Assembly (NCBI RefSeq): GCF_037042905.1
Contig: NC_087251.1
Coordinates: forward strand, 24,678,001 to 24,742,000
Length of the DNA stretch: 64,000 bases
Direction of reading: 5' to 3'
From: Lytechinus pictus
Lineage: Eukaryota
The notes under the pieces are model-generated. The model searched no databases, was not told the origin of the DNA, and saw nothing but the letters and a program-made list of their open reading frames with translations. Of this stretch, positions 24,077 to 39,215 are shown piece after piece. Position 1 is the first letter of the stretch. Every line of letters starts with the position of its first letter. A program made the translations under genes and the position numbers.

Positions 24077-27000
24077 TTGTTTGTTTGTTTGTTTGTTTGT
24101 TTTATTTCCGTATATAAAATAACAGATACAAAGTACATACAAATACATATAACATGAGATGATGAGGTCAATATTAAGATACAATAATAAAAGGTAAAAA
24201 ATAAAGTAAATTATACGACTGGTAGTCCATATTCAGCTGCAATAATGCATTGCTGCTGGTCTTCCATGGAGCCAGTTTACATACAAAAATGCTATGATTA
24301 CCATAAAATAAAGAAAGTTGACCATCAGACATATAAGTGAAATCATTAAAAACAAAGAAAAATCATATAAACTACACCTACCCCCCCTCCCCCCGGTACA
24401 AATCAGTGGTTTAATTTCATTTAGCACAGATATATTTCAAAAATGTATTTTTAAAAGAATTGAAAGTGCTGGTGACATTACGCACGCACAAAGGGATTCT
24501 GTTGAATTTATGCAGCTCGGTAAGAGAAATATCTTTAACAACTATTGGTTCTAGGTCTGGGTAAACATATATTATTTTCATTTCTAAGAGGGTAAGGAGT
24601 AACTTTTGTATGAAACAAATTTTTCATATATTCAGTGGACATGTTGTTACAAATCTTATACATGAATAATATCAAGTGAGTATACTGTCTCTTTTGAAAA
24701 GTGTCCCAACCAAGAATAGAATGAATTTGAGAGGTTGAAGTGTGTGAATATAACCGCGGTACGGGGTCAATTTTCAAGATTATTCTTCCAGCTCTATTTT
24801 GAATTTTTTGAAGTTGGTCAAGTAGAGATTTGTTTGCAGATTGATAGATAATGTCACCATAATCAAAATGAGGTAAAATTATTGAGTTATATATTAACTT
24901 TAATTCTGACAAATTTACAAAATGCTTTAGCCGTGCAATATAACCAATCATTCTCCCCAGTTTTTTACATAAATAATTTACGTGATAGTCCCACTTCATG
25001 TTTTCATCCACAAAGACACCTAGATACTTAAAGCTATTCACTTGAGTCAGTAAATGACAGTCAATTTTAGTTGTAAATGTTTTGACGTTTTAAGCATTTT
25101 TGGTGTTCCAATCAACATGCTTACAGTTTTATCATAGTTTATTTTCAAATTATTCCTGTTTATTCAGACAGATAGACTTTCCAGCTCCTTATTAAGGACG
25201 AGTTCGATAACTCTAATATCTTTGTGTGAGAAATATATTACTGTGTCGTCAGCATAAAGGTGTACGGTGCACTCTTTAAATACAGAAATTATATCATCAA
25301 TAAATAAAATGAACAGTAAGGGTCCAAGGAGAGATCCCTGGGGTACTCCCTTAAAAATGACCCTTTCTTCAGATAAAATTCCATTAATGGATGTACGTAT
25401 TCTTCTATTAGTCAAATAACTTTTGAACCAATGCAATTCATCACCAGATATACCAATATGTTTAAAGGAAACCAAAACCCAAGAAGAGAAGAAATCTTAT
25501 TGGAAAAAGTAAAATGAGAGGAACAATTTAAAAAAAGTTTCATCAAAATCGGTTATGAAATAAGCAAGTTATGGGAGTTTGAAAACTCTTGTTGTACTTT
25601 CTATGGGCATTCTCAAATTTTTTTTAAATTGTTCCTCTCATTTTACTCTTTCCAATAAGATTGCTTCTCTTCTTGGGTTTTGGTTTCCTTTAAGTTTGGA
25701 TAGGAGAATTGCATGATCGACCAGGTCGAAAGCCTTTTGAAGGTCAATAAAAATAGCCCCTGTATACTGCCCATTGTCCATAGAATGAAACCAGTCATCC
25801 GTTACCTTAGCAAGAGCAGTAATGGTAGAGTGTTTCGGACGGAATCCAGATTGAAAAGCAGAAAGTAAAGAATGAGTTTGAATATAACGAAGCAATTGCT
25901 TTTGCACAATTTTTTCCATTAATTTAGACACACAGGGTAGAATCGATATCGGTCTATAGTTGTTAAATTCAAACTTATCACCTTTCTTGTGAATAGGAAC
26001 AATTTTGGCTACTTTCCATTTCTCAGGTACAACACCATCACATAAAGATTTATTTATCAAGAAAGTAATAGGGCATATGTTTATTAACAACTTCTAATAG
26101 CATTATTTCCCACTTATTGACAGCGTCATTAATATCATCAAAATCTTCTATTATCCTCCAGTTTTGATTACGAAGGTCATTTCTGAAAGACTCCAAATCA
26201 ACATTTCTGGATTTTCTATACCTTATATAAGTTTCACCAGATGAGAATTTTTGTTGGGATTTCCATATAAAATAACTAATGTAATGATCACTCATCCCAT
26301 TACATAACACACCGTGAGCTTTCACTTTATCCATGTTATTAGTTAACATGTGGTCAACAAGCGTAGAAGACAAATCTGTCACTCTGGTACATGAAGAGTC
26401 ATTTATAAATTTTAGCGAGTATACAGTATTAATTTGGTCAAAGATCTTGGTGTTTCCATAAAATGTTGTTTTCGTAATATCGCAGTTAATATCACCCATG
26501 ACAATAATGTCACAATCAAAACTACAAGCAAATTCTAAAAATTGTTCATATTGATGAAATACCTCAATTCTACTATTAGGCGGCCTGTACCAATTAAAGA
26601 ATAATAACGGTTTAGTGTTTTTTAAGTGGATCCGTAAACATATTGCCTCTAACCCAGAAAGAGAATTATGATTAATAAACTCAAAATGCAAAGATTCGTG
26701 CACATAAACTGCCACCCCGCCTCCGTTCCTATCACGGTCCGCACGAATGATAGAGTAATGAGGTATTTCAACTTCACTATCTACAATGGAGCTATCCAAT
26801 CTAGTTTCGTTTAAAGCAAAAACGTGTATGTCATTTACATTCAAAATATGTTTAATTTCATCGTAATTTTTCAGAAGGCTGGCTACATTCAAGTGAACAA
26901 ACTTAATACCTTTATCAGACATCTGATCATATTTCAAACAAACGTTATCTATCTTTTTACGATGATGTCTATATTACTTTCAATTTCATTATATGCTTCA

Positions 27001-27206
27001 ATGCTTTCTTCTATAAAACATGGAAGATGCTTGAAAATACATTTTGTACACCCCCAGTTGAAAAAGACCATTGAAGTATCATTATACACCTTAACTGGAA
27101 TCCGTGTGCAAGATATGTGTACCCATTTACAACACGTAGTGCATTTAAGTGCTTTATGATTTGAATTTACATTTTTGTTACAAAGAACACAAGGAAATTG
27201 TACCAT
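24077..27206 (-). mobile_element. Decayed CR1/L2-group LINE: ORF2 with N-terminal PHD finger, APE endonuclease and RT; 3' UTR with (AAAC)n tail
   Basis: PHD MVQFPCVLC..KCTTCCKWVHISC..WGCTKC (ATG 27206); APE HLNVASL, NETRLD, GGGVAVY, YRPP, GDIN, SDH; RT NYRPIS, QSGFR, DLQKAFDLVDH, GVPQGSLLGP, YADD, YLGV; frameshifts, stops and an internal deletion near 26070. Confidence 0.92.
25466..25689. mobile_element. 224-bp Kolobok-type MITE inserted in the LINE RT
   Basis: TTAA TSDs at 25462-25465 and 25690-25693; long TIRs aggaaaccaaaacccaagaagagaag; removing it restores the RT frame LLSKLK-HIGISG. Confidence 0.9.
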
Positions 27207-27216
27207 TACCCCCAAC

Positions 27217-27568
27217 AAGTACCCATTCCCCTGGGGCAGTAATCTAAATATAACCCAGGTAGTATTTTGTTTTATGTCCTCATGAAAGAAAACTTTAATT
27301 TGAAATACAACTTTTGGGGAAAATAACATTTTAGCCATAATATGTATTGGAGTACAAGGAAGAGTAGTCCTTGCCTTACATCACTATGACATCCCATATG
27401 CGGCCAATTTGAAGTCTCCATGTTTATAGCGATTACCAATATCAACAACTTTTAAAAATTCATAACTTTCTTGTTGTTTGTCAAATAGTGTTCAAACTTT
27501 CACCTATCAATTTGTCTGATTTTTCTTTTTCTTATAAAAACAAGTTTTTATTTGGGTTGGATTCCCCT
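27217..27568. mobile_element. One half of the Kolobok family seen at 50000-52184, in the opposite orientation
   Basis: Reverse complement of 50000-50340 plus 51930-51942; ends ggttggattcccct-TTAA. Confidence 0.85.
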
Positions 27569-28149
27569 TTAATTTTATGAAATTATTGAAATTCAAGCCT
27601 TATTTCAAATAACCAGACCTTTGTTATTTCTTGACCATTTTCTGTAACTGAGGTATCAAATTAAAGGGCAGATATTGAACTTTTTAAAAATGTGGTTTTC
27701 TTTTTGAAACCCAGATACAGCCCGCCAAATGACTTTTTGGTATCCCCTCTTCAAATTGTTTTTGCTCACTCATGCGTGAATGAGAAATAATTTAAGTAAT
27801 TTCAGATGAAAGAGGAGATTCTAAGCTTTATAATGGTAGGTCATTTGTCTATTGTATTTGTGATTAAGTTATGATAAATCATCGATAAATCTCGATTTCA
27901 TTTTTTGTGGGACGCACTGTCTATATAATATATATGACTAATGAGAAAGAAATTAATGCGCGCGCTAAGCGCGAGCTGAAATCTTTTAGTATACTGACCT
28001 GAAAACAGGAAAAAGGTACCTGTTAAACAGGTACCTTTTTCCTGTTTGTATGTTTGTTGCACTTTGTTTCCAGGAGTTTCACAATCATGAAGGTATATAA
28101 ATGATAAGACAATGACCGTGGTCATTTACACTGGGCATTTACAAGCGAA

Positions 28150-28630
28150 AGAGGGCTGATAGAGCAGCCAGATCGGGAGCCAGATGGTTGTCGAAACTTG
28201 ATACAAGCCCGACTCCGAAGCAGACTACAAAACTTGTGAATGACGAGTCAGCAACACAGTACTGTGGTTGTAAAGTAGAACTCCGAGAGAAAGTGACACG
28301 CACAGGCATATCGCAAAGGCTCTAGCTGAGCTCAGAAGGTCGACCGAGTATAGGGGTCGCCTGCATGCATACCGGCCTACATAGCGACGAAATGTGAGCT
28401 TATAATTATGTAGGCACAAATTTCTGCAGTGCACAGTTCAGTAGTTGCCAACAGAAACTTCACACACTATCTTTTCATTGAGCAACTCCATCTTTAACTC
28501 CTGGCAGGGAGAGAACATTGCCTGAAACTCACCGAACTGTTAATTGAAAAGTTGGTGGAATACGCTGGATTTTAATACACCATATAGTAATTCACAACAC
28601 AGCAGCAACCAATAAAATGGCAACAGAGTG
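28150..28630 (+). other. Candidate first exon (largely 5' UTR), possibly of the sulfotransferase gene
   Basis: Unique CpG-richer segment ending aaaATGGCAACAGAGTG/GTAAGT with a consensus donor at 28631; start is approximate and the link to 53604 is inferred. Confidence 0.3.
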
Positions 28631-30134
28631 GTAAGTTCTACAATCACACATAGACATCCAGGCAGCCTACATCCTCATTCTTTCTTTTTCTACCTTATTT
28701 GCTTATTAACTTTTAATGAAAAATTATATTGCTATCCATTTCTACGTGCAATACGAGTTAGACCTCTACTTGAACTTGTGGTATGGATTCTGGATGCGTC
28801 TGCTAGCTGATCGGGTATATCATGATAGATCAGATCGTATACACGGAAGTATTATTATATAAAATCAAGAACTGAATTAATGTAAGAATATTACCATACT
28901 AAACCATATTTATGTATATTGGAAGAATTGCCTTCCCTGTTTAACGCTCTGGTGTTCACCGTAGGGCGTCAAAATTGACAAAGCTAATCATCTAAGCCTG
29001 TTTGATATTTTGTTCATGTAACATATAAGCTGAGATAACAAGACATTATTTCTTTCTTTGTATGTTTCGTAAAAATAGATCAACATAATTCCATCAAAAT
29101 AATATTTACCAAATTGTAATGATTCAAAGTAAAGTGCATAAAATACAAATGAAGAAAGGCTGGTAACTGAAAAATGTGTGGCAGATAAGAAAACTCGACA
29201 AAAATATAAGCAGAACTTTTCTAACATCTACGATCTTTTATCAGCCCCTCTGGCCTCTCCGTGTAACTGAACCATTATGAACGTCACTTCTCTCTGTATT
29301 CTCTGCCGTTTGCGAATTTATAAACACCAAAATGGGCACAGTTTAAAACTTACATTATCATGTTACTTAATAATGATTATCTTTATTGTTGGATTTGGTT
29401 AAATTATGGTTTATAAACTATTCTTGGTTGCTTATATTTATTCCCATCACCGATGGATGTCACTGCCACTGGAGCTGGTATACAAGGGTAAGTTTGCACA
29501 GGGGACTGTGAGAGAGAATACAGATCTATAACCTTGCTTCTGTATGACTAAATCCTGGACTAAATGACTTACGTAAGCTACACTTCCCCCTCTCTCGAAG
29601 TTTCTTTAATTCCCTTGAGAGCGACCTGGTTGTTTGGAAATTGACAAAATGATTTCAGTAAGCAGGTAGGGAAATATGCCTGATTGGCCAATCGGATATT
29701 TGCCAAGGCGAAATCAGCACGCGGCGGTCACAACCCCCCTAAGAAAATGGAGAAGATAGTAATAGTTTGTTTCCTCTCTCAAAGCTCTCCCTCAGTAACT
29801 GACTGTTTATTCATCACTAAAAGCTGTTGAATGACTAGCCCAGCTTACGTGGCTTGAGTGACGTTCATGATATCACAGAGATCATCTTATCGTCAAACTA
29901 GGGGGTATCAACAAAGTTACAACAAAGCCAATAAATATACATACTTTATTTATGAATATGTCGTTCGCCTCGCCTATAAACAGTCTACATACAATGTCTA
30001 AACCACGAACCCTTCGTTTTGGTAGGTTTTATAGAAAAAAATAATTTGAGCAAGGAGTTGTGATATCTCATTGGTAGTACTGCTGTCGGGGGTCCCTATC
30101 GCTTCCTGGTATTTGTGACTAATTTATTTGTTTA

Positions 30135-30536
30135 TTTCCGATTGGTCTAATGCCAATATTCGTCCAATTCCCAATTCGTCTACTATCATTTGGTCTACCA
30201 TCAGTTCGTCCACTATCCACATGGTCTAATTGCCATTTCGTCCACTCACCATTTCGTCTAATAACCAGTTGGTCCAATAGCCATTTAGTCCATATATACC
30301 ATCTGGTCTAATTAAAAAAAGTTTTAATTGGACGGAATGAATGAAAATAAAATGGATATTACTATTATTTTACCAACTGGTTATGGGACGAAATGGTCAT
30401 AAACGAACTGATGATTAGACGAAGTGATTATTGGACCGAATGAATGTTAGACGAAATGATGATGGACGGAATGGCATTAGACCAAATGAAGTTAGACCAT
30501 GTGATGAGTTTGCAATAGACGAATCGGCAGTCTCCC
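30135..30536. mobile_element. Foldback/MULE-type element whose inverted arms are built of ~15-bp tandem repeats (TU-like)
   Basis: Left arm ccatttcgtcta-type units, right arm tagacgaaatg-type units; 9-bp direct repeat atttgttta at 30126-30134 and 30537-30545. Confidence 0.7.
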
Positions 30537-31479
30537 ATTTGTTTAAACCGTCTGAAAACCTTGAACATGATATTTCATACATAAACTAAATAGTGAATTA
30601 ACAACTGAAATTATCTAGTAAATTTTTATCCTGGGAATACTTGATTTTGGTGGGGCAAACTGATACACAATTAATAATTATTGATAAATGAAATAATTAA
30701 AACGTCCCTACGTCCACTCCTCACCAGGAATTCTTTTCTTTTTTTTATAATTTTGTTTACACCTGATGAAGAAGTAGGGATGTCGAAAATTTGAGTAACT
30801 TTTAATAAATATAATTTTGATTGGCAAAAAGACATTAACTTTCGGATTTGTATTGTTATCACTGTATAATACGTGAAACTATAAGATGTTGGAAATACTA
30901 GTACATACATGCACATACACATATTGTGTTTAAATTGGGCATTTCAATTTACTGATTATAATGCGAAGGCAAAGTGCGATCTGAAAAAAATTGATATACT
31001 GTGTATACTGACCTGAAAATGGGACATTGTCATGTGTGAATACATGAGAGGGACCTAAAATGCATTTCCCTAAGTTATATTTTTTTCTGACAAATTCATT
31101 TTGCGGGCCCATGGTTGCAAAATCTTGTTTATAATTTTTTTTTGCACAAATATTGATATTTTAGAAGGACTGCATGTTTTCAGTCGTAGTACCAGTTTTC
31201 CATGGGATCGCGCTAATCGACATGAATGAAACATAATTTTACAAAGTTAGAGGGGATGGTATTCATCATCCTGCATGCTGCCAAACGTACTGGTCATGGA
31301 TCGTCTGTTATTTGAGAAGTGAGATTATTTGGCTGAAGCAAGTTCACATAGATGTCGGTAAGCATTAGTGAGAAATAACTTTGATCTTTCCTGGAGTGAC
31401 AAATGAAATCCATGCATGGCGAGATTCATTCCAGATACTCTGGGAGCATGCGAGAATCAAACACTTGACGCCAGTTTAA

Positions 31480-32186
31480 AGGGGAAGTTAAACCTGACAA
31501 AATGTTTTTGTAAAAATAGCAGAAAAGGTAATAACAAATATTGCTGAAGTTTTGAGGGAAATCCGTCAAAGAATAAAAAAAGTTATTAGAAGTATACTTG
31601 TTTGATGTGTGATGTCTTAATGCGAGCAGCTTTCCTATATGGTAAAAAAATGAGTATATGAAATGTCATTTTCTCAGAAATTTGAAAATGTTTTTTACTG
31701 TACCTTCAGTATATCAATAGACAAATCATTTCACACCCGTTTCTTAAAAGAAAACTAAAATAAGTCATCACGAACCATTACAAATGGAAATTTATGCATT
31801 TTATATTACATGGGACAGCTGCTCGTTTATACACTTAAAATGTTGGGCAACATAGTTGCTGTCCACTGTGTTGGGTAGTGCATGTTGGTATTATATTCTG
31901 GCCAATTATTATCCAGTAGAGCAAATTCATTACCCAATTTAGTTTTTATTACCCAATTTGGGCAGATTTTAACCAATAGTTGTGTGGACAGTATGTTGCC
32001 CAGGGTTGGATAAAAGTTTTGCATTTTTGCCCAACTATTTTAAGAGTGTATGACGTCACAAATCCAAAAGTTAAATTTCGAATGACTTTCTTAGACTTTG
32101 CTGGATTTTCCTCAAACCTTCACCAATAATTTTTTAATTATTTTTTTCTGCTATTTTCACATTTTTCTTTAGGGTGAACTTCCCCT
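31480..32186. mobile_element. Kolobok-type MITE with a nested small MITE
   Basis: TTAA at 31476-31479 and 32187-32190; TIRs aggggaagtt / aacttcccct. Confidence 0.8.
31832..32048. mobile_element. CACT-terminated MITE (EnSpm/CACTA-like) with a 2-bp TA TSD
   Basis: ta-cacttaaaatgttgggcaa ... ttgcccaactattttaagagtg-ta. Confidence 0.65.
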
Positions 32187-35100
32187 TTAAGTTCAACATC
32201 TTTGGAACACATTTTACGATTGCTTTCGACGTCCTGCAGGTCAAGATCCATATAGGCCTACATAATATACGTCGCTATATTTAATGAAAGCCTTGTGATT
32301 CAGGCTGTATCGCGTGTTGTATTTCATGCAATTTCAGTTTGTCTGGGTTTAATTTCGAACATGTTTATCACAAGTCTCGAAGATTACCAGGGTCTTTTAT
32401 ACCTCTGTTGACCTCAGTCGTATATTGATAAGACAATGTTGAATTTTTGCTTGTACTACTGTTGTCACAGCAGCCAATTCAGATACAGATCATGCAAATA
32501 TGATAGGAAAAACATGTATTGGGTACATAAATTCCGTTTTAACAGTTGTCCATACATTTCATGGATTATTTCAATAACATTATTTAGGCCTAAATGTGTT
32601 TGATATAGAACTATGCTCCCCATTGTATAGGCCTCATATTAGTACAGTTTTTGGTAGGTCTACTTTTTACGATGAATAAGACACGCATAATACAGGATGT
32701 GCAAATTAATGTCTGACCAAAATGGACATGTCAAAGACTTCGTCAGTTGTCACGTCCAATTAAAGAATGATAATGATTCATGACAGAAATAATTCAGATA
32801 AATGAATTAATTGCCTGCATTGTCTATTCAGGAGTACAATCGCATGTGCAAATTCACAGTTGAAGACTGACATTATACAGGACTCTAGTGTAATTCCCTC
32901 CGAGTTGTGCATCCACAGTTAACTATGGTTATTTACTGCATGTAATTTTAGAAACTAAATTCTCTCTCAGATTATGACTTGACCTTCCCACCCTTGGATG
33001 TATTGTAACGCATAGAGCTTAAATAAGCCGGATTCATGACGTTGTGGCTTGGAGACGAAAGTGTCATATTGAATAAATAAACCCAAAGCCATTATCGTGA
33101 ATTTCCCTTCTGAAAGTTGAGAGTATCTTGAGACAAATAAACTGAAGGGAAGGAATAGGTTAGATAACAAGGTTAGTGTCGTCCATTGCCCTGTTCCCCT
33201 CTTCTAGTCTCGATCTCTCCAAAAGATGTCTCCCTTTATATTTTGGAGCATGGATCTGGCTAGAGTTGTAAAATATCAAATTCTTTGTTCCAAATCTTGT
33301 CAGGGTTGACTGCTCTGCTGTCAAAGAATGGATTTTGTGAGGCCAATTTGTATTTCTTTCAACTGTTATTATCATTAATTTTTTTTGCATAGCTTTTCTG
33401 TCACATCAACATGGCCGAAAGAACCGAACCTAAAATGGTTAATTAGGTCAATGGCATTTCCATTTTACTCTGTCGAATGTTATTTTATTTTTTGTAGGTC
33501 TGCTCTATGGCTGAATACTGAAATTTGATATTTTCCAAAATATAACAGATTTGCCAGCACAGCAGTTCAGGATGCATTCTGCTATTCTGCCTTTCTGCCT
33601 GGGTAACAATATTGTACCCCATTTTCGTTTTGGTTTCCACTCGAGGGGTTGTATAAAAACTCCTTGAGATGATCCATTGATTTGTAGATCCTTTCCACGT
33701 TTGTCCCATTTTTTTCTCGAGGAATGGGATTAGAAGGCCGTTTGTTCAAAGGGGATCACCTTGATTCGCCGTGGAACACCATATTTCACCTGTTTACCAG
33801 GCGATGGTCATCTTGCAGGACGGGCCACATTGACCCTTTGACCTGAAGCCCGGTAAATTGACATTAGGGGCATGTCGTAACCCAGCAACCATTGTTGAAC
33901 GTCGGTGTCACACGGATGGATAGAGCAGGTTGTATGAAGGAGCTTACTGCACACAAGACCCTGAAGCTACAGGAAAAGTACTCCAACACGTCCATGACGT
34001 AATAAAAACGGATATTGTGTATGCATAGAGCTATTAACAGCTCCATGGTGTATGGTAAGAAACAACATGCATATATACTCAGACGCAAGAAAAAAAGTGA
34101 CAGTGTGGAACATTGTGCGCGCTTGACCATCTGTATCTGATGGGGAGTGTTTAATGAAAGGTCTTGGCGAATGTTTTTTATCTTGTTTTTACATTTACCA
34201 AGTAATGCACCTCTCAGCCAATCAGGATCAAGGAAAGTTGTCAGATCTGAAAGCTTGTCGGACGAAAAATGTTGTTGAAACGTTCTACACTGGAGTACTT
34301 TTAACGGTTTCCGGTTGCCTCGAAAAAGCGCGTCGTTGCTCTATCCAGTTTTTATCCGTTTTAATTATAACTGCCATGCATGAGGCCTTAGGAAATAATG
34401 TCTGAATGTTCAGAACATACCTTTATTTAAATAGATGTCCTTATTGTATTGCTTAAAGTGAAAATAAAATTAGAATTCTAATTATACGGTATATTTATTC
34501 AGTTTCTTGTAAACTCTGCACAGTGAAATTACATTGTACTGTAGTAGTTATTACCAGCCTAATTGTCGTGAAGTAAGAAATAGTCGTAATATATTTTCGA
34601 CTGGTCAATTTAGACATGACCCAAGAAAACATCCTCAAGTTCATAATCTTAAGTCCATGCAGAATGAATGAAATAGTATTTGTCCTACTTTTTTTACCTT
34701 TAAATCAAAATGACGTGTAGTGTAGTTTCAATCAACATGAATACCAAAATACCAAGAGATGATGCATTACTTTTATTCCGTGAGAACATTTTAATGAAAA
34801 ATTTTCATCAAAATGTTCTCACGGAATAAAAGTAATTTTTCGCTATGAACATTACTATATATGAAACCATTCTACAGCTTACAGAGAAATTGTAGTTAAG
34901 AAGATTAACGGGTGTGTTATTGTGTTCCGGTGGCGAAAGGCCATTTTTTTTTTGTTAAGTTTCTAACTTTTTTTAAATTACTCATTGCAATCCTGAAATT
35001 CCAGCAATATAAAAGTACCTAATCATCATCTATCTATAGGCCTATACCTCACCTGTAATTTTAACTTTAAAAAACACATTTTTTTTTCAATTTCGAATCT

Positions 35101-35229
35101 CATATTTGTCAGGTATTTATCATTGATCTCATAAAGTGGTAAGACACTAAAAAAGTATACCTACGAAATAACCCAAATTCGGAGACCTTCATAATTTGAA
35201 TTAATTTCATGTTCAAATAATAGCAATAT

Positions 35230-37000
35230 TAAAATGTAGATCAGAAGATGGCTTCAATAAATAGAGAATAATTGACTGCTGTTAATGAAAAAATTGACTT
35301 CATTAAAAATCCACATGAGAGACATGATGGTGGTGTTTAAACTATGCTTTAAAAGGTCAAATAATACATAAGGGCAAGTAAAAAGGACAGACAGTGGTCA
35401 GTATGTCCAAAAATCGAAGATCGAAGATGGCTTCTAAAAATGGAGTCTAATGGCAGCTGTTACATACAAATGGACAAAGTTCATTTAATATCTAGGAGAC
35501 GTAATGTTGATGTCTAAACCATGGTTGAAAGTGTCAAGTAGAACATTGGGACAAGTTACCGGGAAAGTCAGCTGTCAAGTTTGTCCAAAAATCAAAGATT
35601 GTTTCCAAAAATTAAGTCTAAACTGGCTGTTATTACTTACTAATGGACATATCTGCCTTTGAGATATGATTTCGGTGTCTAAACCATGGTTTAAAGGGTC
35701 AAGTAGTACATTCGGACAAGTTACAAGAACAGCCAGTGGTCAAACATGTCCCAAATTCCAAGATGGCTTCCAAAAATTGAGTCTGAATAGACAGCTGATA
35801 CTGAAAAAGTGACAAAGTTCATAAAAATCCACCTGAGAGATGATTGTGGTGTCTAAACCATTGTTTAAAAGGTCAAATAATACATTAGAACAAGTTAAAA
35901 GGACTGTCAGTGGTCCAGTATGTCCAAAAATTGAAGACGGCTTGTAAAAATGTAGTCTGAAATGGCTTCTTTACTTAAAAATGGACATAGCTTCCATGCA
36001 GATATGATTTTGATTTTTAAACCATATTTTGAAGAGCAAAATAATATGTTGGGACAAGCCACAGGGACATTCAGTGGTCCAGTATGTCAAAAAAAATCCA
36101 AGATGGCTTCCCAAAATGGATATACTGGACCACTGACTGTCCTCTTAACTTGTCCTAATGTATTATTTGACCCTTGAAACCATAGTTTAGACACCACAAT
36201 CTTATTTTCTAGACTGATTTTTATTTGATTTTCATTGAACTATGCCAATTTTTCAGTAAGAACAGTGACTTTACACTCCATTTTTGGAAGCCATCTTGGA
36301 TTTTTGGACTTACTGGACCACTGACTGTAAATTTAACCTGTCCTAATATTTTACTTGACCTTTTTAAATTATAGTTTAGATACCACAATCGTATCTCTCA
36401 GGTGGATTTCTATTCAACTATGTCAATATTTCAGTAACAGCATTCAATTTATACTCCATTTTTGGAGGCCATCTTGGATTTTTTGACACACTTAACCATT
36501 GAATGTCCTTGTGACTTGTCTGAATGTACTAGTTGACTCTTTAACCATGGTTTATATATAAAATCATATCTCCCAGATATCAAATGAACTATGACCATTG
36601 TAACTAATAGCATCCATTTTAGACTCCATTTTTTGAAGCCATCTTGGATTTCTGGACATACTTGACCATTGCCTGTCCTTGTAACTTGTCTGAATGTATA
36701 CTAGTTGACCCTTAATAGTTAATACCATGGTTTAGACACCAAAATCCTATCTCCCTTGTAGATATCAATTAACTATGTTATTTTGTAAGTAATAGCAGCT
36801 ATTTTCGACTCCATGTTTGGAAGCCATCTTGGAGTTTTGGACATACTTGACCACTGACTGCCCTTGTAACTTGTACCAATGTACTATCTGACCCTGAAAA
36901 TTACTGAACAGAAACAAAATTAAAGACACCAAAGTAAGCAATAGATGAAATGTGGATTTTTTAGGCTTTGGCAGCCGTTTTTGGAAGCCATCTTGGATTG
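35230..37000. repeat. Head-to-head array of ~170-185-bp repeats (about 6 forward and 5 reverse), likely the interior of a larger DNA element spanning roughly 34893-39462
   Basis: aagatggcttc-like markers at ~35246, 35424, 35595, 35760, 35934, 36100; gccatcttgg markers at ~36290, 36468, 36638, 36823, 36987; related sequence resumes after the hAT insertion at 39224-39462. Confidence 0.8.
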
Positions 37001-37039
37001 TTAGGTAACCTGGTCTGATTATGTTTACTCTAACTTGTT

Positions 37040-39215
<2,176 letters not shown>

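Larger units (their letters stand above)
23987..27919. mobile_element. Tc1/mariner-type MITE split by a LINE and a Kolobok fragment
   Basis: TIRs cagtgcgtcccagaaaaaacgaaaccgagatt... / ...aatctcgatttcattttttgtgggacgcactg; inserted in a TA run. Confidence 0.8.

Noticed and set aside
27207..27338. N-terminal extension of the PHD ORF (26949..27338)
   Set aside because: It reads through the Kolobok MITE fragment; the plausible LINE start is ATG 27206.
32960..34130. Cluster of short minus-strand ORFs suggesting a pseudogene
   Set aside because: Hand translation of part of this region in alternative frames gave no recognisable family; needs BLASTx.
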